64,000 nt of DNA. Source: a virus. How positions within the stretch are numbered: position 1 is the first letter of the stretch; the number at the start of each line of letters is the position of its first letter. The notes under the pieces are model-generated. The model saw only the letters and a program-made list of their open reading frames with translations, did not search any database and was not told the DNA's origin. This document shows, in pieces, positions 7,163-16,166 of the stretch. The position numbers and the translations under genes are program-made. The stretch covers positions 1 through 64,000 of the IMG/VR virus record IMGVR_UViG_3300042988_000510. One strand, written 5' to 3'.

Positions 7163-8106
7163 GCATCATCAGGACACACAGGAAGGAGGGCTTTACCGTC
7201 ATCCCGAACGACCTGATCAATGACGATGACCTGTCTGGTGATGAGCTTGGCATGTTGGTTTTCCTGCTGAGCAAACCAGCAGATTGGTGGGTGACCGTGG
7301 AGTCGCTCAAGTCAAGCAAGCGATTTGGCAGCACGACCAAGGTGGTCGGGGCTCTCAAACGGTTGCGTGATTTGGGCTATGCCAAGCTCACTCGGTTTCG
7401 GTCAGGCAAGACGGAGTGGCTGATCACTGATGAAAAGGGCCTGTTTGCTGGGCGAGAATCCCCAGACCTAGAGCCACATTCCCAAAATCAGAATATGGGA
7501 ATGCGCCCACATTCCGAAAACCCACATTCCGAAAACCCACATTTGGGTTTTGGGAACGCATTACAAAGAACTGAGTACAACAAAGAACTGAGAGAAGAAC
7601 AAAGAACTGAGGATACACCCCCCTACCCCCCAGAGGGCCACGCGACAGAAATGGAAAACAAGCAACCGGCGGGTGCATCCGCAGGTAGTCAAGGACGACA
7701 TGAGGGCGAGCAGGCCAAACCTGCTGAGCGTGACAAGAAGGCTGCGGTCAAGCACGCGATACCCAGTGACTGGGTACCTGACGAAAACTGCTGGTGCCTG
7801 ATCGACAAGGCGGGGATTGATCGTGACTTTGCGCTATCGATCATCGACGAGTTCAGGCTTTACTGGCAGGAGCGCGGCGACAAACGTGGTGGTTGGAATG
7901 CCACCTTTCTCAATCGCGTCAAGGACGAATGGAAGCGCGATCAAAAGTGGCCCAAGGGCGGAACAAATATCACTCCGCTTCGCCCCGGGCCTATCCATAA
8001 CGGACCCGCGAATTTTCGCACGCTTGGTGAGCTTCGTGCTGAGCGAAACATCCAGGTGGCGATGGAGTGGGTCAATGAAACTACCGAGAGGTGCGTAAAT
8101 GATTGA
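7159..8106 (+). CDS. Phage replication initiator (N-terminal winged helix, C-terminal DnaT-like domain)
   Basis: 'FTVIPNDLINDDDLS...LVFLLSKPADW' and 'IPSDWVPD...IDEFRLYW...WNATF'; contains internal iteron-like repeats. Confidence 0.8.
   Translation: MSIIRTHRKEGFTVIPNDLINDDDLSGDELGMLVFLLSKPADWWVTVESLKSSKRFGSTTKVVGALKRLRDLGYAKLTRFRSGKTEWLITDEKGLFAGRESPDLEPHSQNQNMGMRPHSENPHSENPHLGFGNALQRTEYNKELREEQRTEDTPPYPPEGHATEMENKQPAGASAGSQGRHEGEQAKPAERDKKAAVKHAIPSDWVPDENCWCLIDKAGIDRDFALSIIDEFRLYWQERGDKRGGWNATFLNRVKDEWKRDQKWPKGGTNITPLRPGPIHNGPANFRTLGELRAERNIQVAMEWVNETTERCVND
7474..7547 (+). repeat. Iteron-like repeats, probable replication origin
   Basis: CCCACATTCCGAAAA tandem x2 (7506-7535) plus partial copies at 7474 and 7536, followed by an A-rich stretch; located inside the initiator gene as in lambda O. 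Confidence 0.65.
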
Positions 8107-8857
8107 TCCTGACGAAAAACCCGCATTCGCGGAAATGCTTACGGCGTGCTGCATAAATTACGGACGTGACGCAGACAAGGGAGTCATGCGGCTCTGGTGG
8201 AACTTGCTGTCTGATTACAGTTTCCAGGATGTTGCCAAGGCGATGACCGCGCATATCCGGTCATCAAGCAAGATGCCGGCGATCAACGACATTCTCGGTC
8301 TGATCAATGCGGGTAATCCCGCCATGCAGCGCCCTGGTGCGGATGAGGCGTGGGCCATGATGCCGCGATCCGAAGATGACAGCGTGGTCTGGACCGATGA
8401 GATGGCGTATGCCTGGGGCATTGCCAGCAGCTTGGTCAATCCCAACCTGGTTGATCGACCAGACTGGGTGGCGGCTAGGATGGCGTTCAAGGATGCCTAC
8501 AGTCGGGCTGTGGACACGGCCAAGGCGCAGAGTCGTCCGGTGCAGTGGCGGTTGGTGCTGGGCCACACCAAGGACAATTTGCTGGACGTGGTGACCGAGG
8601 CGGTTCGGCTGGGGCGTATGTCGGATAACGATGCGCGGCCGTTGCTGGCTGAACTCGAGTACCGCAAGCCGCTGGTCGCTGGTCTGTTGGAGGGAACGGT
8701 GGGCACCGACAACCACGACAAGGCCAAGCAGGAATTGGCTCGAATCAAGTCCGGGTTATTCCAGTCTGCCGAGCCGGAGAACCTCGACGCCGTTCGGGCT
8801 GAGTGCGAATCCAGGGACCGTGAGCGCAAGTGGTCGCCGAGGGAGGACGCAGCATGA
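8099..8857 (+). CDS. Replication-associated protein (position of a P-like helicase loader)
   Basis: Directly follows the initiator; 'WWNLLSDYSFQDVAKAMTAHI...MPAINDI', 'RPGADEAW'. Confidence 0.6.
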   Translation: MIDPDEKPAFAEMLTACCINYGRDADKGVMRLWWNLLSDYSFQDVAKAMTAHIRSSSKMPAINDILGLINAGNPAMQRPGADEAWAMMPRSEDDSVVWTDEMAYAWGIASSLVNPNLVDRPDWVAARMAFKDAYSRAVDTAKAQSRPVQWRLVLGHTKDNLLDVVTEAVRLGRMSDNDARPLLAELEYRKPLVAGLLEGTVGTDNHDKAKQELARIKSGLFQSAEPENLDAVRAECESRDRERKWSPREDAA

Positions 8858-9371
8858 ACCATCTGACTGAAGCTGAGGTTCAGACTGCGCAAGCCTGGGC
8901 ATCCAGGATCGACGGCTGTACCTGTCGAACCGAGTTTGATGGCATGCGGTACGTCGTGGAAAGGCACACGTGCGACCACTGCCGCGAATGGGACCGCAAG
9001 CTGACCGAATTAGGTATCGGCGCCAAACCCATGCGTCCTGTCGAACAGAAGCGCCGGAGGAAGGCCGCATGAGGAATTTGACCAACACGATGCTGGCATG
9101 GACGCCATCTCGTCAAAACTACCTGGACGCTTTCCCGGGGACCTATGGCCGGGTGGCTCTTGTCACTCATCCGTGGCCCCGGCGGTGGGGACCATTTCCG
9201 TATGCCAAGGATTTTGGCGCCAGCCTGAGTTCGGTGCAGCAGGCCAGCCTGGACGAGCGCAAGGCGATGCTGGATCGCATCGTAAATAAAATCGTCGCTG
9301 ACGGCATCAGTCGGCACCACGTGCTGGACGTCATCCAGTGTCTCGAAGAAATGAACGGAGAAGCCGCATGA
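8854..9371 (+). CDS. Two small hypothetical proteins (8854..9072, 9069..9371)
   Basis: ATGA-coupled ORFs with RBS. Confidence 0.6.
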
Positions 9372-9619
9372 CCGAAAACCCCATCAATCTCGAAAAACTC
9401 CAGGAGTGCCTGCCCGAACTCGAGGCCCTGTACCAAGCTAAGGCCGATGCCGCGATGATGTACTCCTCCGGGCTGGACGCCGTGGCTGAGCAAACTGGCG
9501 TCGACCGCAAGGTGCTGGGCAAGGTCGTGGTGGCGCTGAAAAAGGACAAGGCCGAGGAGGCTAAAGCCGAGGCGCAAGAGGTTGCAGATTTGCTGGAAAG
9601 CATTGCAACGGGTAACTAG
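9368..9619 (+). CDS. Small helical DNA-binding protein, possibly T4 DsbA/GapR-like
   Basis: 'LDAVAEQTGVDRKVLGKVVVALKKD' pattern; 83 aa. Confidence 0.45.
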   Translation: MTENPINLEKLQECLPELEALYQAKADAAMMYSSGLDAVAEQTGVDRKVLGKVVVALKKDKAEEAKAEAQEVADLLESIATGN

Positions 9620-9654
9620 CAGTGCTATTCTAGTCCCGCATTCTTCCTCCTTAC

Positions 9655-9681
9655 CCGCCTCTCCCAAGGGGCGGTTTTTTT
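9655..9681 (+). terminator. Rho-independent terminator
   Basis: CCGCCTCT-ccca-AGGGGCGG followed by a T tract. Confidence 0.65.
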
Positions 9682-9691
9682 CGGATCAAGC

Positions 9692-10296
9692 ATGGACGAC
9701 ATCGCCAACCGCATCGAAATCATGCGCCAGTCTGCGGCGGAAAAGGCCCGTGCTGAGGCTGAGAGGTCCGTAGAGCGACGAAAAGAACAATGGGCGGCCA
9801 TCCAGCAGGAGCCAGAACTAGCAGTGCTCCTGAAGACTCTGAAGGCGTCCGGGATGGAACCAAAACCGATTTACGTCCTGATCAAGCAGGACAACCCGAC
9901 CACCAAGCCTGGTCGGTATCGCATCCGCCTTCCGGACGGCTCGCCGATGATGGTGACCGTGCCGGAGGGGTACCAGAGGATTTTGTGAGTCGCATCGAGT
10001 CTGATTTTCAGCAGTTCCACTCGGAAAACCCGGGCGTCTACCGGGATTTCTGCCGACTGGCGATTGAGGCTGTGAACCGGGGGTTTCCTCGGGTTTCGTC
10101 CGACTTCCTGCTGCACCAGATTCGCTGGGACTCGGATCGGAGGCTGAAGATCAACAACAATTTCAGCGCTTATTACGCTCGCATGTTTGTCCGCGAGTTC
10201 CCGCGCCACTCGCATCTGTTCGAGTTGCGGGTAACCCGTGGGGAGCGGGGGGCGGCGCCAAGCCCGCAGATGGATTTGTTTGGGGGTGTGGCGTGA
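9692..10296 (+). CDS. Two hypothetical proteins (9692..9988; GTG 9985..10296)
   Basis: Coupled ORFs; the second has 'FQQFHSENPGVY...KINNNFSAYYARMF', typical of phage hypothetical proteins. Confidence 0.6.
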
Positions 10297-10664
10297 TCAG
10301 TAAGTTCTACTTCCGGCTGGTTCATAAATCCGCCCGTGACCGCGCCATCGAGGCCATTCGCAATGCGCCGGACGGTTGGGTCTGCATCGTCCAGGAGCCG
10401 ACGCGGAGCCTGGATGCGAATGCCAAGCTGCATGCTTTGCTGCAGGAACTCAACGGCCAAGAGTGGGCCGGCAAGCCGCGCACGATGGAGCAGTGGAAGT
10501 TGCTGATGGTTTCCGCGCATGCGGTGGCTACCGGCCGTGGCGCCGACGTGGTGCCTGGCCTGGAGGGCGAGTTCGTGAACCTGCGGGAGTCGACCGCAAA
10601 GATGTCGGTGTCCCGGTGCTCGAGTTTGATCGAATATATCCAAGCGTGGGTGGCGCAACGGTGA
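10293..10664 (+). CDS. NinB/YbcN-family recombination protein
   Basis: 'TRSLDANAKLHALL', 'VVPGLEGEFVNLRESTAKMS...LIEYIQAW'. Confidence 0.8.
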   Translation: MISKFYFRLVHKSARDRAIEAIRNAPDGWVCIVQEPTRSLDANAKLHALLQELNGQEWAGKPRTMEQWKLLMVSAHAVATGRGADVVPGLEGEFVNLRESTAKMSVSRCSSLIEYIQAWVAQR

Positions 10665-10921
10665 GCGCGAAATCAAGACGCCATCTGTCCCGTGTCCATG
10701 ACATTCCTTGCGTCCTGTGTGGCTCGACCCCGGTTGAAGCCCATCACATCCGTGATGGTCAGGGGTTAAGCCAGCGGGCCAATGACTGGATGGTCGCATC
10801 CTTGTGTGCCGACTGTCATCGTGGACCACTGGGTATTCACGGGGACAGGACCATGCTGCGCATCCAGAAGGTTTCAGAGTTGGATTTGGTGGCCAGGACG
10901 CTTGAGGCGGTCTATGGCTGA
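10661..10921 (+). CDS. DUF968/Ref-like HNH zinc-finger protein
   Basis: 'PCVLCG...EAHHIR.GQG...LCADCHRG..GIHG'. Confidence 0.7.
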   Translation: MSAKSRRHLSRVHDIPCVLCGSTPVEAHHIRDGQGLSQRANDWMVASLCADCHRGPLGIHGDRTMLRIQKVSELDLVARTLEAVYG

Positions 10922-10956
10922 GGATTTTTTCATCAATACACCGTAGGAGAACTATT

Positions 10957-11421
10957 TTGGCTAATGATCATAATTCCTGCACATTCGTGGGCCGGTTGGG
11001 CGCTGACCCGGAGCCTAAAAGTCTGCCGTCTGGCGACACTGTGACGAACTTTCGCATCGCGGTTGGCTGGAAAACCAAGGACAAGGAGGGCGCTGAATGG
11101 ATTTCCATCGTGGCCTTCGGGAAGTTGGCTGAAATCTGTGGCCAGTACCTGAAAAAGGGTTCTCAGGTTCTCATTGAGGGTTATCTGCGCAGCCGGAAAT
11201 ACACCGACAAAAACGGCATTGAGAGATACGCCACCGAGATCGTCGCCAACAAGATGCAGATGCTCGGCTCGAAGAGTGACGGCCAGTCCAGTGACCGGGC
11301 GGCGAGTCAGGCTGAGGCGTATGGGCGGGGTAGTGCTGCGCCGGCTGATACCAGCAGTGCTGGTGGTGGGGGCGACTTCGACGATGACATACCCTTCATG
11401 CGCGTCATGGGTCCCTGGTAA
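10957..11421 (+). CDS. ssb: Single-stranded DNA-binding protein
   Basis: 'VGRLGADPE', 'YLKKGSQVLIEG', acidic tail 'DFDDDIPF'. Confidence 0.95.
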   Translation: MANDHNSCTFVGRLGADPEPKSLPSGDTVTNFRIAVGWKTKDKEGAEWISIVAFGKLAEICGQYLKKGSQVLIEGYLRSRKYTDKNGIERYATEIVANKMQMLGSKSDGQSSDRAASQAEAYGRGSAAPADTSSAGGGGDFDDDIPFMRVMGPW

Positions 11422-11427
11422 TTTGCC

Positions 11428-12231
11428 GTGAACGCAAAAGTAGCACAGCTATGCGACCAGGACATCAGCCAAGTCAAGCATCTGCTGTCGCTTGGCTACC
11501 GGCCCCTGGAAATCTCCGAGATTCTCGGCCTGAAGTCTGAACCGCAGATCCGGGCGATTGGCGAGATCAGCAACCAGCCTGGGTTCCGGAAATGGTCGCG
11601 GGGTACCGAGGTGCATGGCCAGGCCCGGCGGCGCGGGGGGATGTATACGCCGTGAAGGACGTCAACTTCTGCCGTGGGTGCCGCAGGCACGTGCTCTCGA
11701 CCGAAGGCAAGGTGGAAGTGGTTCGCTACGTGGCTAATGGCCAGCGGCGGACCATGACCCGTTTTGTGTGCCCTTCCTGTCAGGCAAAAAGGAAGGGGCG
11801 GCGATGAATCCGCATGTGGCGCAGAAGCTGTTTCAGGAGTTGACCAATGCCGAGTTGGCGCATCTCGAGACCGGCGTCCAGCACGCTGCGTTTCTGTCGA
11901 TGCGCCGGCATCGTTACAACGGTGAGGCTCGTCGTGAACTGGACAAGATCATAGCTCTGGGGTCCGGCTGCGGCCGGTTTGTCGGGGTTTTTTTGGCTGA
12001 ATTTGAGGGGGACTACTGATGGATTGGGTGAAGAAGGTTTTGGATCACGTTCCTGGTGTGAGCGTGATGGAGCGTAAGGAGGGTCTGGTGATCTTCGCCG
12101 AAGACTACAAACTGATCGTCGAGCGGATTGCCGGTATGTGGCGATTCCAGGAGTCGAAGTCGGACAAGCCGAACCGGGAGTGTCACTTTGATCTGCGTCG
12201 TCAAATTCACATGGTGCTGAATCATGGGTAG
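11428..12231 (+). CDS. Four small coupled hypothetical proteins (11428..11655, 11652..11807, 11804..12019, 12019..12231)
   Basis: Chain of overlapping stop/start codons. Confidence 0.5.
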
Positions 12232-12757
12232 CCCGCTTGATCCGCCTTACGGGCATCCCCCTCGTGAGCGTGTTACTGCCGTTGCTTCCCCAGCTCGGTT
12301 CCGGATTGGTCAGGCGGTGCGGGTGGTTGCTGGCGACTATGCGGGCGGTACCGGGATTGTGAGGTCCATCGATAAGGCAGGCGGATATCTGGTGGCGTTC
12401 AACGGTGACTCGGTGATTGCCGTATCCGAATGGATACACGGCGATCTGCTGTCGGAGAGTTTGGTGGGCGATGTGAAACCACAACCGCGTAAGCATTCCC
12501 ACTATTTCCGCGACGTATCTCGCTTGCGGGAGATTGACGTCTACCGCGTACTGGAACTGTTCGATGTGACCCATCCAAGTGCGCAGCACGCCATCAAAAA
12601 ATTGATGGTTTCCGGCAGGCGTGGCGCGAAAAACGTCGAGCAGGATGTCAGGGAAGCCGGCGACACGGTGAATCGCTGGCTGGAGATGATTGCCGAGGAT
12701 GGTAGTAGCGACCCCGCACCGGGCGGTTCCCGGCATTCAACTGAGAAATCACAATGA
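12224..12757 (+). CDS. Hypothetical protein, KOW-like N-part and DUF3310-like C-part
   Basis: 'FRIGQAVRVVAGDYAGGTGIV' and 'HSHY...IDVYRVL...QHAIKKL...G.RGAK'. Confidence 0.5.
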   Translation: MGSPLDPPYGHPPRERVTAVASPARFRIGQAVRVVAGDYAGGTGIVRSIDKAGGYLVAFNGDSVIAVSEWIHGDLLSESLVGDVKPQPRKHSHYFRDVSRLREIDVYRVLELFDVTHPSAQHAIKKLMVSGRRGAKNVEQDVREAGDTVNRWLEMIAEDGSSDPAPGGSRHSTEKSQ

Positions 12758-13029
12758 ACAAGGCCGAATTGATAACTGAAATCTCGCTTAGCGCCGGATT
12801 GAATAAAACCGATGCGGGGAAATCGCTGGAGGCCATGATTTATGCCGTGGCTGGGGCCTTATACAAGGGAGAGGACGTCACCCTGGTCGGTTTCGGCACG
12901 TTCCACGTGAAGGATCGGGCAGCCCGCAACTGTCGCAATCCGAAAACCGGGGAGACCATGTCGGTCCCTGCGACTCAGCGGGTTGTGTTCAAGCCCGGCA
13001 AGTTGCTCAAGGATGCGGTCAATGCCTAG
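12754..13029 (+). CDS. hup: HU-family histone-like DNA-binding protein
   Basis: 'MNKAELI', 'LVGFGTF', 'RNPKTGE', 'FKPGKLLKDAVN'. Confidence 0.95.
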   Translation: MNKAELITEISLSAGLNKTDAGKSLEAMIYAVAGALYKGEDVTLVGFGTFHVKDRAARNCRNPKTGETMSVPATQRVVFKPGKLLKDAVNA

Positions 13030-13483
13030 AACCCAGCGCGACCTGTTCCGCAAGCGATCCAAGCCGGTTCACGGGCAATCGGAGCATGTTGAGCAGGTCA
13101 TGTTTTGCCAGTGGATGCAGTTCCAGCATCCGCACATGGCCAAGCGACTGTTCGCGGTTCCCAACGGTGAGTACCGGACCATCAGCGCGGCGCGGCGGCT
13201 CAAGGACGAGGGTGTCCGGCGGGGTGTGTCCGATCTGATCATGCTGGTGCCCAACGAGCGGTACTTCGGGTTGTGCCTGGAGTTCAAGCGGGCAGAGGAG
13301 ACGTGGTCAGCGGTAAGCATGGATCAGCGGGACTTCCTCTACCAGGCCGAGAAGGATGGCTATGCCGCTGGGGTCGCTTTTGGTTTTGACCACGGGCGCT
13401 ACCTCATGACCCGCTATCTGAACGGGGAAGATGTGACGATGGATGATTGCAAATTTTACGCAAAGGAGAAGGGTAAACGATGA
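13022..13483 (+). CDS. VRR-NUC-domain nuclease
   Basis: 'EHVEQ', 'FAVPNG', 'GVRRGVSDL', 'LEFK'. Confidence 0.8.
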   Translation: MPRTQRDLFRKRSKPVHGQSEHVEQVMFCQWMQFQHPHMAKRLFAVPNGEYRTISAARRLKDEGVRRGVSDLIMLVPNERYFGLCLEFKRAEETWSAVSMDQRDFLYQAEKDGYAAGVAFGFDHGRYLMTRYLNGEDVTMDDCKFYAKEKGKR

Positions 13484-13947
13484 GCATAAATGATGTGGTC
13501 AGGAAATTCCTGGCGGTCGATATCCAGGTTGACGGTCGCGGTCAAGTCCCGGCCTATGCCCATCCGGGTGATGCCGGCTGTGATCTGTGCGCGGCATTGG
13601 ATCAGCCGGAAAAGCTGTGGCCTGGTGACATCAGGGCTATTCCAACCGGGCTGCGCGTGGCGGTTCCGATGGGGTTCGAGATGCAGATCCGCTCTCGCTC
13701 CGGGCTGTCGCTGAGAGGGATTGTCGTGGCTAATGCGCCAGGAACTATCGATGCCGGGTTCAGGGGAGAGGTGAAGGTGATCCTGCGCAATTCCGGCAAG
13801 ACCGAGGATGGTCCTTTCGTCATTGAACCCGGCATGCGGATCGCACAGGCGGTGTTTGCTCCGGTCATTCAGGCGTCATTTATTGTGGTCGACAGCCAAG
13901 ATGAGACGTCTCGCGGTGATGGCGGGTTTGGGAGCACCGGGGTATGA
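13480..13947 (+). CDS. dut: dUTPase
   Basis: 'AGCDL', 'RSGLS', 'GTIDAGFRGE', 'RIAQ', 'RGDGGFGSTG'. Confidence 0.95.
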   Translation: MSINDVVRKFLAVDIQVDGRGQVPAYAHPGDAGCDLCAALDQPEKLWPGDIRAIPTGLRVAVPMGFEMQIRSRSGLSLRGIVVANAPGTIDAGFRGEVKVILRNSGKTEDGPFVIEPGMRIAQAVFAPVIQASFIVVDSQDETSRGDGGFGSTGV

Positions 13948-14163
13948 AGACATGGCGCCGAGAAGCTCAGGGCCGGACGGCAAAGCGCAAGTGTAAGCAA
14001 TGGGCTGGAAGCTCTATGCGCAAGAAAGAGCACGTCAAGGAACTGAAGAGGTATTACCGAGGGTGGCTCGGTGCGCTTGATCACATTCAGCTTTTCTACA
14101 AAATATAGTAGCATTGCTTGTCATCCTACCTGACATCTGCAAAAATCGCGTCCCATCAAACAT

Positions 14164-14969
14164 TTGCATGGGACCGCGATGGATACCACAGTCGAACTGG
14201 TCGAGTGCCCGCCTTACCACATGCAGTTGATGCCGACGCGCTGCGCGTCCAACTGGGAGTCCGTCGCTGGCAAGCATCGGCACAAGCTCGAACGGCTGCA
14301 GCACTGCCTCGACTGTCCTCTGGGTGCGCAGCGGGCTGGCCGGCAAGCGGTGCCGACCCCGCTTCCGCGTTTCTGCTGTCGCTGCCTCAAGCTCTCGCCG
14401 CGTCTGATCGGCAAGCGTCTTTGCCCATCCTGCTACAACCGCCAGCGCGAACTGGAACTCGGCCGAAATGCCAGGGGTACGGCGCCGGTCAAGATCACCC
14501 CGGTGTTCACCGTCACCGCTCAGGTCCGTGACGCGGAAGTCGTCATGACCGCTGTCGACCGCATTGAGGTGGCCATGGTCACCCTGCGTCAGGACTCGAC
14601 TGCCACCATCGGTTGGGCTCATGCGGTCAAGGCGCCAGCGCAGTTCCAGACCATGTGGGGCGGTGTCTGAGCAATCCTGAACTATGGGCGCTCACCGAGC
14701 ACTGCTGCCGACGCTGTTTTGGCCGGGTGTTGCGGCGCTATGTGGGTGGTCGTCACCAGGCCCTGTGTGCCGAATGCGGCCTGCAGGTCGATGGCTACCC
14801 GCGAGCCCTGTGCTGCTGCGGCGTCAAGATGGCCGATGGCAAAGACGCCGGACTTCGTTGTGTCCCGAACGACGACATCACTCCTGAAACCCCGCACCGC
14901 GTGTTGGTTCGTCATATCAGCACGCTGCCGCATGATCCGCTGAAAAAGCATGAACCAACTCCGGATTGA
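14164..14969 (+). CDS. Two Cys-rich zinc-binding hypothetical proteins (14164..14670 and ~14660..14969)
   Basis: Multiple CxxC pairs; downstream of an operator at 14107-14121. Start of the second ORF is uncertain. Confidence 0.55.
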
Positions 14970-16116
14970 CTACCTGCCGCTGGATGGGCTGGTCCCGTAT
15001 GAGCGGAATGCCAAACTGCATCCGCAGGAGCAGGTTGAAAAAATTGCCAACTCGATCCGCGAGTTTGGCTTTAACGCCCCGATCATGCTGGATGACCGAA
15101 ACGGCATCATTGCGGGTCATGGGCGGGCGATGGCGGCAAAACTGCTGGGTATCAAGCAAGTGCCCTGCGTGTACCTGTCGCATCTCTCCGACGTCCAGAA
15201 GCGGGCCTACATTCTGGCCGACAATCGCACGGCGCAGTCGGATTGGTCGGTTGATCTGTTGTCGCTGGAACTGAAGGACCTCCAGTTCGAGGACTTTGAC
15301 CTGAGTCTCACAGGGTTTGACCCAGGCGAACTGGAAATGTACCTGACCGATCCGGAGCCGCCGGAGGAAGAAGGTGAGAAACCGTTTGACGAGCCCGAGG
15401 GTGAGCCGATCTCAATTCTCGGCGACATCTGGCAGTGCGGCCCGCATCGGATTGGCTGTGGTGATGCGGCCGATAGCACATTCATCGAAACGCTATTAGA
15501 CAGAAGTCCGGTTGATCTGGTTTATTGCGATCCGCCCTATGGGATCGGCGAGGCCGCCGGGCGTAACAAGAGCCGGGGCAAGATAGCCAAGGCCAAAGAC
15601 TACGGCAACGACGACTGGGATAACCAGATTCCCTATGCCGCGATCCAGACCGCGCTGAGCCTGTCCAAGAACGTCGTGCTGTGGGGCGGCAACTACTTCG
15701 CCGACAAACTGCCGCCATCGTCCTGCTGGCTGGTGTGGGATAAGGAAAACGGTGCCAATGATTTCGCCGATTGCGAGTTGGCCTGGACTTCGTACCCCAG
15801 TGCCGTGCGCATGTTCCGGTTCCGCTGGGCCGGCATGCTCCAGGGCGACATGAAGAACAAGGAGGATCGGGTTCACCCGACGCAAAAGCCGGTAGCTCTG
15901 CATAAGTGGGCCTTCGAGACATTGAAAGCGGGCGGGGTGGTGGTCGATCTCTTTGGAGGATCGGGAAGTAGTTTGATCGCCTGCGAGAAAACTGGCCGAG
16001 CGTGTTTCACGTGCGACATCACGCCAAAGTACGTCGACGCTATGGTGCGGCGCTGGCAGGACGTGGCGGGAACCCACGCGGTGCATGCGGAAACGGGGGA
16101 TGTGTTTCCGGGGTGA
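14950..16116 (+). CDS. ParB-N domain fused to N6/N4 DNA methyltransferase
   Basis: 'PYERNAKLH...SIREFGF...IIAGHGR...ILADN', then 'DPPY', 'HPTQKP', 'DLFGGSGS'. Confidence 0.9.
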   Translation: MNQLRIDYLPLDGLVPYERNAKLHPQEQVEKIANSIREFGFNAPIMLDDRNGIIAGHGRAMAAKLLGIKQVPCVYLSHLSDVQKRAYILADNRTAQSDWSVDLLSLELKDLQFEDFDLSLTGFDPGELEMYLTDPEPPEEEGEKPFDEPEGEPISILGDIWQCGPHRIGCGDAADSTFIETLLDRSPVDLVYCDPPYGIGEAAGRNKSRGKIAKAKDYGNDDWDNQIPYAAIQTALSLSKNVVLWGGNYFADKLPPSSCWLVWDKENGANDFADCELAWTSYPSAVRMFRFRWAGMLQGDMKNKEDRVHPTQKPVALHKWAFETLKAGGVVVDLFGGSGSSLIACEKTGRACFTCDITPKYVDAMVRRWQDVAGTHAVHAETGDVFPG

Positions 16117-16124
16117 CGCCCGCA

Positions 16125-16139
16125 TCGTGACAGCACAAT
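16125..16139 (+). promoter_or_regulatory. Putative late promoter motif TCGTGAY-N2-CA-N3-T (first of 9 copies)
   Basis: Other copies start at 32609, 35733, 39879, 40643, 43996, 48039, 59615 and 62218, all upstream of virion or lysis genes. Confidence 0.7.
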
Positions 16140-16166
16140 AAGGGTAATCTCCCCAAAGGTGCGCCC

